A stretch of DNA of 43,246 nt from Chitinophagales bacterium (GTDB taxonomy: Bacteria; Bacteroidota; Bacteroidia; Chitinophagales; BACL12): assembly GCA_038223395.1 (NCBI GenBank), contig JBBRGZ010000001.1:1-43246 (forward strand), read 5' to 3'. Made by a program: the position numbers and the translations under genes. Positions 35,374 to 43,246 of the stretch are shown in pieces; within the stretch, counting starts at the first letter, position 1; the number at the start of each line of letters is the position of its first letter. Below the pieces are notes generated by a model. The model saw nothing but the letters and a program-made list of their open reading frames with translations. It was not told the origin of the DNA and searched no databases.

Positions 35374-35709
35374 ATGGAAGATATCGCATACTCCGATTTT
35401 GAAAAAATTGAAATAAGAACGGGAACTATTCTTGAAGCAAATGATTTTCCAGGTGCAAAAAAACCTGCTTATCAACTCGTAATTGATTTTGGAAATTTAG
35501 GGATAAAAAAGTCGAGCGCTCAGATTACTACTCACTATACTAAAGAAGAATTAATTGGAAAACAAATTGTTGCAGTTGTTAATTTTCCTTCAAAACAAAT
35601 TGCAAATTTCTTTAGTGAATGTCTTGTATTGGGTGCTATGCAGAATGATGGTTCTGTTATTTTACTACAACCGGAAAAAGTTGTATTAAACGGACTTCGA
35701 ATTGCATAA
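35374..35709 (+). CDS. tRNA-binding domain protein (CsaA-like)
   Basis: It is 111 aa. DFEKIEIRTGTILEANDFPGAKKPAYQLVIDFG is typical of CsaA/YgjH OB-fold proteins. Confidence 0.85.
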   Translation: MEDIAYSDFEKIEIRTGTILEANDFPGAKKPAYQLVIDFGNLGIKKSSAQITTHYTKEELIGKQIVAVVNFPSKQIANFFSECLVLGAMQNDGSVILLQPEKVVLNGLRIA

Positions 35710-35935
35710 AATTCTGCAAATAATTATAACTTTTATTGCACGTAGATCTACTTTAATAAATTGAAGACTATCTAATTATTTTTTTGTTTTCACAATGCAT
35801 TCTCTGCATTTATTTGATTTTATTTTTAAATGAATACAATCAACGGTGACAATTGTTTCCTGTTTACAGAACAAATATCATCTGTTTTTTACTTTTTAAA
35901 CAATTTCTTTGTATATACATATAATTTTAACTTTT

Positions 35936-37783
35936 ATGAAAAAAATACTCTTTATTACCGCGTTGTTCCTTACAACACTATTACTACATGCTCAGGTTAC
36001 TGAGGATTGGGTTTCACAAGACGATTATTACGGAAAGGATGGCATTATGGTGGTAGTTGATGCTGCTGACAATGCTTTTACACTTAGTGACATTTTCAAG
36101 GGTGATATTTACTTGACGAAAAGAAGTCCTGATGGTACTATTTTATGGGCTGTTACCTACGACAATACCACAGCTTCACAATGGGAAGTTGCAAGTTGCG
36201 TTGCGATTGATATTAATGGCGACGCAATTGTTACAGGTTATACAAACACCGGATTTGGAACAGATTGGTTTCCTGTTCAGGTAGTTACCATGAAGTTTAA
36301 TGGAGAAGATGGTGCCTTACTCTGGAGAACAACCTACAACACAGGTTCTGCATACAGAGGCCGTAAAATATTAACCGATGCTTCGGGAAATATTTATGTT
36401 GGCGGCGATGTAAATGCCTGGATGATTTATCATGGAGAAGTTGGTAATATGATGGTAAAAAAATATGATACGAATGGAACTGAGATTTGGTCAGTTATAG
36501 CTGACGGCTTGGGCAATCCGATAGGTGGCACTTTAAATAATATGGAATATGATGATATGGGCAATATTGTAATTGCATCTTATGGCTCAACTATGGCAAA
36601 AATTTCACCTGCCGGAAATATATTATGGAATATCAGCGGCATTGAAAATGGAATAAAAGATATTGATCTTGATCCATTTGGAAATATTTTTGTTTTATCG
36701 CATGGCTCTTTTGGAGTTATTCCCTTTATTTCTACAGATATTACTGTTAAGAAATATAACTCATCCGGCACATTAATTTGGTCGCAAAACTATGGTTTTG
36801 GAAATGAGGAATTTGGTCATCAAATTGAATGTGATAATTCGGGTGGTGCATATATTATTGGATATGGTGATATATATTTCGATTGGATAACATTTAAAAT
36901 AAATAGCACCGGAGTATTACAATGGTCGCAAATCTATGATGAACATACCGGCAACGATGAAATACCGATGATGATGGTAAAGGATGATGCTGACAATATT
37001 TATGTAACTGGTCAGGGAGGCCCGTGGCCCGGATATTTCTGGACAAGTTTAACTCAAATGGTTACCGTTAAATACACTCCTGATGGAATAGCAGAATGGA
37101 CAGCTCTGCACGATTATTATACAAATATTGGCACTGCAATTTGTCTTGCCTCAGATAATTCGATATATGCCGTAGCTCAAATGTACGCAACTACTATACA
37201 TTACACACAGGTATTGCCTATAATTTGCGAAACACCGATCGGATTATTTACGAATAATATTACGACAACAAAAGCTAGACTAAACTGGACAATAGAACCG
37301 GATGCATTTCAATATGAGGTATGGTATAAAAAAACTACTGCTGCTGTTTGGAAGAAAAAATTTGTTTTAGGAACAAATAACAAGTTGAATCTGAAAAATC
37401 TGCAATGCAATATAAATTACGAATGGCAGATAAGAACAATTTGTGATACAGTTGGAGTAGATATAGTTTCCGCATTTTCTCCGTTACTAAATTTCACCAC
37501 AGCTATTTGCAGAGAAGAAATTTCTGCCATAACAAATACGGAGATGTTGCTTTATCCAAATCCGGCAACAAATACGTCAACAATTATTTTACCTGAAAGT
37601 GGTAAATTTAATTGCAATATATTAAGCACTACCGGTAAAATAGTATATAATAAAGAATTTAATATTGGATTAAAGGGAGAATCAATAAGTATTGATCTTC
37701 AAAATTTACCTGCAGGAAATTATCTCATAACGGTGCAAAACGACAACATCCGTTATTCCGATCAGCTTGTTATTCAGAAATAA
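35936..37783 (+). CDS. SBBP beta-propeller repeat protein with FN3-like module and T9SS C-terminal sorting domain
   Basis: The start is set at MKKILFITALFL (signal peptide). It has repeated D(A/S)xGN(I/A)Y(V/I)(T/G)G units, and a CTD (LLYPNPATNTSTI...LPAGNYLITV). Confidence 0.75.
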   Translation: MKKILFITALFLTTLLLHAQVTEDWVSQDDYYGKDGIMVVVDAADNAFTLSDIFKGDIYLTKRSPDGTILWAVTYDNTTASQWEVASCVAIDINGDAIVTGYTNTGFGTDWFPVQVVTMKFNGEDGALLWRTTYNTGSAYRGRKILTDASGNIYVGGDVNAWMIYHGEVGNMMVKKYDTNGTEIWSVIADGLGNPIGGTLNNMEYDDMGNIVIASYGSTMAKISPAGNILWNISGIENGIKDIDLDPFGNIFVLSHGSFGVIPFISTDITVKKYNSSGTLIWSQNYGFGNEEFGHQIECDNSGGAYIIGYGDIYFDWITFKINSTGVLQWSQIYDEHTGNDEIPMMMVKDDADNIYVTGQGGPWPGYFWTSLTQMVTVKYTPDGIAEWTALHDYYTNIGTAICLASDNSIYAVAQMYATTIHYTQVLPIICETPIGLFTNNITTTKARLNWTIEPDAFQYEVWYKKTTAAVWKKKFVLGTNNKLNLKNLQCNINYEWQIRTICDTVGVDIVSAFSPLLNFTTAICREEISAITNTEMLLYPNPATNTSTIILPESGKFNCNILSTTGKIVYNKEFNIGLKGESISIDLQNLPAGNYLITVQNDNIRYSDQLVIQK

Positions 37784-37801
37784 GTTGTGATCAAATGATA
37801 T

Positions 37802-37846
37802 AAAAAAGGTGGAAGCGATTTAATATCCTTCCACCTTTATTTTTTA
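37802..37846. terminator. bidirectional terminator between convergent genes
   Basis: The 10 bp stem AAGGTGGAAG ... CTTCCACCTT has an A6 run on the left and a T-run on the right. Confidence 0.6.
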
Positions 37847-37860
37847 TACAATTATGTCCA

Positions 37861-38202
37861 CTACCCACCGGCTAATTTAAATTTATAACCAAACTTAGTT
37901 AATAACTCTCCAATTTTTTTCCGCTGGTCGCCTTGAATAATAATTTCACCATCCTTAACAGAGCCTCCGGTTCCACATTTTGTTTTTATTTCTTTACACA
38001 ACAGTTCCATGTCTTCCGATTTGCCGATAAAGTTTTTTATTACGCTGGCAGTTTTCCCACCGCGATGATTTTTTTCCAGCCAAACCCTCAAATCTTGGTT
38101 TTGAGGTGAAAGCGTTTCATCAATCTCGGATTTCTCTTCATATTTAAAATTTGGATCTGTAGAAAATACAAATCCAAATTTATCCTTATTGTTTTTTGCC
38201 AT
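37861..38202 (-). CDS. yciH: translation initiation factor SUI1/YciH family
   Basis: It is 113 aa with a SUI1 domain pattern (GGKTASVIKNF..., CGTGGSVKDGEIIIQGDQR). Confidence 0.9.
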   Translation of the reverse strand: MAKNNKDKFGFVFSTDPNFKYEEKSEIDETLSPQNQDLRVWLEKNHRGGKTASVIKNFIGKSEDMELLCKEIKTKCGTGGSVKDGEIIIQGDQRKKIGELLTKFGYKFKLAGG

Positions 38203-38207
38203 CCCTG

Positions 38208-39095
38208 TTAATTATTTTTTTCTTTAACAAGTACGTTTAACGCATTCGGAATAATACTTATTTTAAATATTTTATCTTTTGGCACTGTTTCTCCATCAAT
38301 TTGAAGATACATATATTGTTTCGCTTCAATTGTTATTGCTTTAGTTTTAAATGTAGATACATGTTTACTATATAAATGTGTTTGTGTAAAAACCTGCATT
38401 ACTATCAGCGGAACTTTCCACTTCGGAATATTATCAACAACAACAAAGTCCATTAATCCATCGCTTAAATTCGCTTGTGGTGCAACTTTTACATTATATC
38501 CGTATTGATTTGAATTACACAAATTAATAAGCAAGGCTTTTCCCGCATAATTATTTTCTTCAGAACTCAATTTATATTCAAACGCTTCGAACGATGCAAT
38601 ACTTTTAATTGCGCTCCAGAAATAAGTAAAAAACCCTCTTGTTTCTTCTCTGCTAAAAACTTTAGCAACAAAGGCGTCAAACCCTATTCCGATTAAACTA
38701 AAAAAATAAAAATCATTTACCTTACACGCATCAATTTTTACAACATGATACGCATTAATTATTTCGAGTGTAGATTGAATATTTATGCTATAACCCAAAT
38801 GTCTTGCTAATCCATTTCCAGAACCACTCGGTATTATTGCTAAAGCAGTATCACTTCCCATTAAACCCCTTGCAACTTCATTAACACTACCATCGCCACC
38901 GGCTACTGCAACAATATCAAAATTATCCAAAACCGCTTTGCGTGCAATTTCCGTTGCATGGCCGCGACTCTCAGTATAAATTACATCATAATTAAACTTC
39001 GCATGATCTAAATATTTATTTATAAATCGCGGAATTTTATCCTTTCTTTTAACCCCTGCAACGGGATTAACAATAAATAGAATTTTTTTTTTCAC
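38208..39095 (-). CDS. diacylglycerol/lipid kinase family protein (YegS/BmrU-like)
   Basis: It has the DAGK catalytic motif AGGDGSVNEV. The GTG start overlaps the upstream stop (GTGA). Confidence 0.85.
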   Translation of the reverse strand: MKKKILFIVNPVAGVKRKDKIPRFINKYLDHAKFNYDVIYTESRGHATEIARKAVLDNFDIVAVAGGDGSVNEVARGLMGSDTALAIIPSGSGNGLARHLGYSINIQSTLEIINAYHVVKIDACKVNDFYFFSLIGIGFDAFVAKVFSREETRGFFTYFWSAIKSIASFEAFEYKLSSEENNYAGKALLINLCNSNQYGYNVKVAPQANLSDGLMDFVVVDNIPKWKVPLIVMQVFTQTHLYSKHVSTFKTKAITIEAKQYMYLQIDGETVPKDKIFKISIIPNALNVLVKEKNN

Positions 39096-41020
39096 CTTGG
39101 CATCAATTTATTCCTAACCATCGCTTCGTGGTGGGTTTGAATAATTGCTTTTAGTTTGTCTTCCATTGTAGCTGTAATATCCGGATATTCGTGCAGCAAA
39201 TTATCGTTGAGTGAACTATCCGATTTATATTGATATAAACCTATTGCTTTAGAACCATCAAATTGTAACACAAAATCCTCGTTCAATATCATATAATCAG
39301 AAATATGATAATTGAAAGCGTAACGTTCAGCAGTTGTATCAAAAACAGAGTTCCCGTAATCCATAAATTTTCCGGTATAACCAATATAATCTAAAACAGT
39401 TGCAGGGATATCTGTTTGCTGTACAACCATATCGGTAGTGCCTTTAAATTGTCCATTCGGTTTATAAATTAGCATCCATGTTGAATGCGAACCTACTTGT
39501 TCTTGATAAAATTCGTGTTCAGGTAAAGGAGGTCCGGGATGATCGGCAGTTAAAATAAAGAGTGTATTATTATACCAAGGTTGTTTTTTTGCTTCTTCAA
39601 AAAATTGTTTTAATGAATAATCTGCGTATCCAACAACTTCCAACATTGGAATTTTTCCTTTTTTAAATTGCCCCTTGTGTTCTTCTGGAACTGTAAATGG
39701 ATGATGCGATGAAATTGTAAATATTTCACTGTAAAATGGTGCTTTTAAAGTGCTCATTTTATTCGCAGTCCATTTCAAGAATGGCTCATCAAAAATCCCC
39801 CAATTGCCATCAAAATCTGCATCATTTCCATATTCATCTCTCCCAAAATAATTTTGAACACCTGCTTGCGCCATAAATCTATCAAATTGCATTGAACCAT
39901 TATTTGCTCCGTGAAAAAATGCAGACGAATATCCCATTTTTTCAACTAATGTTCCAATACCTTCTATTCTATTATTTTGATAAACAGAAGAAATAAAAGG
40001 TTCCTCCATTAAAACAGGAATTCCTGCAGTAACAGCAACAATACCTTGATTAGAAGATTTGCCATTTGAATATGCATTTGTAAAACATAACCCTTGCGTT
40101 AACATACTATCTAAAAATGGTGTGTATCCATTTCCATTATTGAAATATCCGATATATTCTTTTGAAAAACTTTCCAAAACAATAACACAAACATTTTCGG
40201 GTTGCTGTGGAATTGGAATAGTATCCGGCCAATTATAAAATTTTGCATTTTGATGCATGGTATTAAAACGTGCTGCCAACTCGTCATCATCATAATATTT
40301 AGGTATTTGCAATTGCCTATGCCCAAAGGCATAAATAACAGAAAATGGGGTATTAATTATGAGAGATGTTAACCTACTATCTGTTACATATAAAGATGCG
40401 CTATTTGGCGAAATAGGTTTTGGTTGAATTCCTCCACGCGCACCTATTACAGAAAATACCATTACCACAAGCATAATTAAAAGTTGATATGGATAATGTA
40501 TAATGCGTGGAATTTTAATATTAATTTTTTTACCACGATTTAAATCCGTTTTGCGATATAAATATTCCATAGCAGCAACCAGAAAAAACGCAATTACAAA
40601 AATTATCCAATAATCCTTAATTACTTGCGGTAAAATACTTGTATCGCTTGCCAATCCGAGTTCATGTGTTGAGGTGCGTTTAAGTCCGTAGCGATAATAA
40701 ATAAAATCACCACTTTCAAGCATGAGAGCCACGCCATTAAATACATAATATAAAATGCGTAGTATTCTTTGGTAAATAACTTTGTCGAACCAGGGGTTCG
40801 GCAAAATATGCATTAGAATAAAAATGAAGTTTACATAAATAATTGAAGAAATATCAAAACGCAAACCATGAAACATAATTTGCAAAAAATCTCCAGGTGG
40901 AATATAGGGGAAAAGATCTCGGTTAAAGACAAAAAACAGAATTCTACAAACTGAGTACAGGAGCAACAAGATGCCCAGCCGTTTTAAGAGGACCTTAATA
41001 TGAAAAATTTGCTCCCTCAA
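39092..41020 (-). CDS. LTA synthase-family / sulfatase-fold phosphoglycerol(-like) transferase, membrane anchored
   Basis: It has five N-terminal TM segments followed by a sulfatase-fold domain (VIVLESFSKEY, LTADHPG). Confidence 0.8.
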   Translation of the reverse strand: MREQIFHIKVLLKRLGILLLLYSVCRILFFVFNRDLFPYIPPGDFLQIMFHGLRFDISSIIYVNFIFILMHILPNPWFDKVIYQRILRILYYVFNGVALMLESGDFIYYRYGLKRTSTHELGLASDTSILPQVIKDYWIIFVIAFFLVAAMEYLYRKTDLNRGKKINIKIPRIIHYPYQLLIMLVVMVFSVIGARGGIQPKPISPNSASLYVTDSRLTSLIINTPFSVIYAFGHRQLQIPKYYDDDELAARFNTMHQNAKFYNWPDTIPIPQQPENVCVIVLESFSKEYIGYFNNGNGYTPFLDSMLTQGLCFTNAYSNGKSSNQGIVAVTAGIPVLMEEPFISSVYQNNRIEGIGTLVEKMGYSSAFFHGANNGSMQFDRFMAQAGVQNYFGRDEYGNDADFDGNWGIFDEPFLKWTANKMSTLKAPFYSEIFTISSHHPFTVPEEHKGQFKKGKIPMLEVVGYADYSLKQFFEEAKKQPWYNNTLFILTADHPGPPLPEHEFYQEQVGSHSTWMLIYKPNGQFKGTTDMVVQQTDIPATVLDYIGYTGKFMDYGNSVFDTTAERYAFNYHISDYMILNEDFVLQFDGSKAIGLYQYKSDSSLNDNLLHEYPDITATMEDKLKAIIQTHHEAMVRNKLMPR

Positions 41021-41120
41021 AGTATTTAGAATTTACAGCAAAGGTAATAAATAATTAAGGGGTATAATGCAAATACTAACGGATATTAATATATCATAAC
41101 ACTTTGCTTCAGATAGCAAA

Positions 41121-41984
41121 TCAGGTCATAATTGCCTTAAAGCTTAAATCCAAACTTTTTACTGAGTGGGTCAGTTCGCCAACAGATATATAATCCACGC
41201 CAGTTTCGGCATATTCTAGCACAGTTTCCAAATTAATACCGCCGGATGCCTCAGTTTCAAATTGCCCTGCAATGGTATCTACCGCAGTTTTCATATCATG
41301 AATCTTAAAGTTATCGAGCATAATACGATCAACTTTCCCAATCTTCAGCACTTGTAAAACTTCCTCCAGATTTCGTGTTTCAACCTCAATCTTGAGGTTT
41401 AATTCGTTTTCTTCAAGGTATATCAACACTTTTTGAATAGCATTTTCAATACCTCCGCAAAAATCAATATGATTATCTTTTATCATAATCATATCGTACA
41501 AACCCATTCTATGATTATGTCCTCCCCCAATTCTAACCGCCCATTTTTCGAAATTACGCAGTCCTGGTGTAGTTTTTCGTGTATCAAGAATTTTGGCATT
41601 GGTATGCCTTACTTTTTGGACAAAACTGTTGGTTTTAGTTGCTATTCCACTCATTCTTTGCATAAAATTGAGCATAGTGCGCTCGGCAACCAATAATGCT
41701 TGTACTCTACCTTGAACAGTAAATGCGACATCCCCGGGTTCCACTTTAGCGCCATCGGGAATAAAAATGTCAACCTCCAATTCGGGGTTGACATGTTTTA
41801 ATATTTTTTCTGCAAGCTCTACGCCCGCAATTATACCTGATTCTTTAACTAGTAATTTTGCTGAACCTGCGGCATCATGTTCAATGGTTGCAAGTGTTGT
41901 ATGATCTCCATCCTGTATATCCTCTATCAGGGCTTCATCAATAATATCCAGCATATCCCAAATCTGAACACTACTCATTTTCAA
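41121..41984 (-). CDS. nadC: nicotinate-nucleotide pyrophosphorylase (quinolinate phosphoribosyltransferase)
   Basis: It has typical NadC sequence (ILDTRKTTPGLR, HRMGLYDMIMIKDNH, ASGGINLETV). Confidence 0.93.
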   Translation of the reverse strand: MKMSSVQIWDMLDIIDEALIEDIQDGDHTTLATIEHDAAGSAKLLVKESGIIAGVELAEKILKHVNPELEVDIFIPDGAKVEPGDVAFTVQGRVQALLVAERTMLNFMQRMSGIATKTNSFVQKVRHTNAKILDTRKTTPGLRNFEKWAVRIGGGHNHRMGLYDMIMIKDNHIDFCGGIENAIQKVLIYLEENELNLKIEVETRNLEEVLQVLKIGKVDRIMLDNFKIHDMKTAVDTIAGQFETEASGGINLETVLEYAETGVDYISVGELTHSVKSLDLSFKAIMT

Positions 41985-42372
41985 TCTTTAATTCCTGAAT
42001 TACGAATTTATCTCCAGACTTTTTTAGATATACATAAGTTCTAAAAGTGCCTTTAGTAGTAACTAACGAACCGATTGCATAATGGGCAGTATTTCCTCCC
42101 GAGTTTCCATCGTGTTTAAAACTGAAAGCTGTTGGCGGATTTTTAGCAAAAAAATCTTTTACAATTGCTTCTGCCTGACTGTTGCTATATGCGCCTTCTT
42201 TATTTGCGATTTTTACCTCAATGGTATTGTCGAAATACGCGGCTAACGCTTTTGAATTTCCTGCCTTAAACGCGGCAGCAATATTATCAAGGTCTCCTGT
42301 TACTGTAGCAAAAATCATCAGTGGAACTACTAATAAAAGAAGGGATGATTTTTTGAATGTAAATTTTGTCAT
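41971..42372 (-). CDS. DUF4783 domain protein
   Basis: It has a signal peptide and the pattern ...IAAAFKAGNSKALAAYFDNTIEV...EGAYSNSQAEAIVKDFF. It overlaps the nadC start by 14 nt. Confidence 0.7.
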   Translation of the reverse strand: MTKFTFKKSSLLLLVVPLMIFATVTGDLDNIAAAFKAGNSKALAAYFDNTIEVKIANKEGAYSNSQAEAIVKDFFAKNPPTAFSFKHDGNSGGNTAHYAIGSLVTTKGTFRTYVYLKKSGDKFVIQELKIENE

Positions 42373-42598
42373 GGCTATATTATTTGGTCAATGCTCATAA
42401 TTTGCTAAAACCATACCAAAATTAAGAAAACTTTAACAAAATTGGTTTTTGCTCTCTCAAATTAGCGGTGTGAAAGCGCAAGAACCTTACTCCTTACAAT
42501 AATAGTTCATTAATTTTTGATTAGGGATTTTATTTGGGATAGCTAATAAATTGTGGTATTTGATTAAAGTGCTCGTTTGTGCACGTTAACTTTGTATT

Positions 42599-43246
42599 AT
42601 GATTCATAAAAAAGCAATCCTCATTATAATGGATGGATGGGGACATGGAAAAAATGCAGCTGCTTCTGCTATTGCACAAGCACAAACTCCAAATGTAAAT
42701 AGTTACTATAAATTGTACCCGCATGCCGAATTAAGAACTGATGGAGAATATGTAGGACTCCCAGAAGGACAAATGGGTAACAGCGAAGTTGGGCATTTAA
42801 ATTTAGGGGCAGGAAGTATTGTATTCCAGGAGCTGCAAAGGTTAAACGTTGCAATCAGGAGTGGTGAATTTAAAAAAAATGAAGCCCTTTTAAATACAAT
42901 TGAATATGCAAAAAAAAATAATAAGCCCCTGCATTTACTAGGTTTACTAAGCGACGGAGGCGTGCACTCTCATATCGAGCACTTATTTGCTATTTTAGAG
43001 TATGCCAAGAGATCTGGCGTTCACGAAGTGTTTGTGCACGCGTTTACAGACGGCAGAGACGTAGAACCTAAATCAGCACAAAAGTACATCAAAATGTTAG
43101 AAATTGAGATGAAAAGAATTGGTGTGGGCAAGATAGCCACTGTTTCCGGGCGTTACTACGCTATGGACAGAGACAATAGATGGGATAGAGTAAGGCTTGC
43201 TTATGAGGCCATGGTGGAAGGTAGGGGCGAGCTCGCTGACAGCGCT
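42599..43246 (+). CDS. gpmI: 2,3-bisphosphoglycerate-independent phosphoglycerate mutase, N-terminal 216 codons (runs off the window)
   Basis: My hand translation gives MIHKKAILIIMDGWGHG...GQMGNSEVGHLNLGAG...LLSDGGVHSH...FTDGRDV. This ORF is not in the supplied track because it is open-ended. Confidence 0.93.
   Translation, partial: MIHKKAILIIMDGWGHGKNAAASAIAQAQTPNVNSYYKLYPHAELRTDGEYVGLPEGQMGNSEVGHLNLGAGSIVFQELQRLNVAIRSGEFKKNEALLNTIEYAKKNNKPLHLLGLLSDGGVHSHIEHLFAILEYAKRSGVHEVFVHAFTDGRDVEPKSAQKYIKMLEIEMKRIGVGKIATVSGRYYAMDRDNRWDRVRLAYEAMVEGRGELADSA

Noticed and set aside
42587-42594. TAACTTTG (-7-like box) 4 nt upstream of the gpmI ATG, suggesting a leaderless mRNA
   Set aside because: The only upstream TTTG is 7 nt away, far from the ~19-21 nt spacing expected for a -33 element, so a single octamer match is not enough. 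The true promoter is probably further upstream.
42530-42854. Two minus-strand ORFs (42530-42724 and 42669-42854) at the right end
   Set aside because: They overlap the unmistakable gpmI reading frame on the plus strand (MDGWGHG…GNSEVGH…). That frame is missing from the track only because it runs off the window.

Overview
This is an AT-rich chromosomal segment that looks like Bacteroidota. Three proteins end in T9SS (Por) C-terminal sorting domains, a TAnnTTTG-type -7 promoter box sits upstream of mntH, and the gene set is typical of the phylum. Most of the window is housekeeping. It encodes pcm, smpB, an NRAMP Mn transporter with a DtxR/MntR-family regulator, a 2-oxoacid dehydrogenase E2, a PlsC-like acyltransferase, a BASS symporter, an M16 peptidase, dnaX, proline dehydrogenase, hmgA and hppD (tyrosine catabolism), a PAS histidine kinase with a REC-cNMP-HTH regulator, DUF58, trxA, dnaE, a csaA-like tRNA-binding protein, SUI1/yciH, a lipid kinase, an LtaS-like sulfatase-fold enzyme, nadC and the 5' part of gpmI. 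I found no rRNA, tRNA, CRISPR array, transposase, phage gene or recognisable defence gene, and no convincing novel multi-gene system. The unusual content is mostly non-coding. (1) The ~820 bp spacer between mntH and its regulator holds three tandem ~118-126 bp repeats interleaved with heptanucleotide arrays, plus a 209 bp element closed by a perfect 16 bp inverted repeat. (2) A second heptamer array (nCAGAAC, about 12 units) lies at 14.6-14.8 kb. (3) A GC-rich repeat island lies at 9.74-9.83 kb. (4) dnaX carries an A9 run just after the clamp-loader core, and both alternative frames stop within 2-6 codons, which is the layout of a gamma-subunit recoding site. Accessory-looking genes are a DUF3494 ice-binding lipoprotein and, next to it, an orphan propeller-like protein with an Ada-like zinc-ribbon tail.
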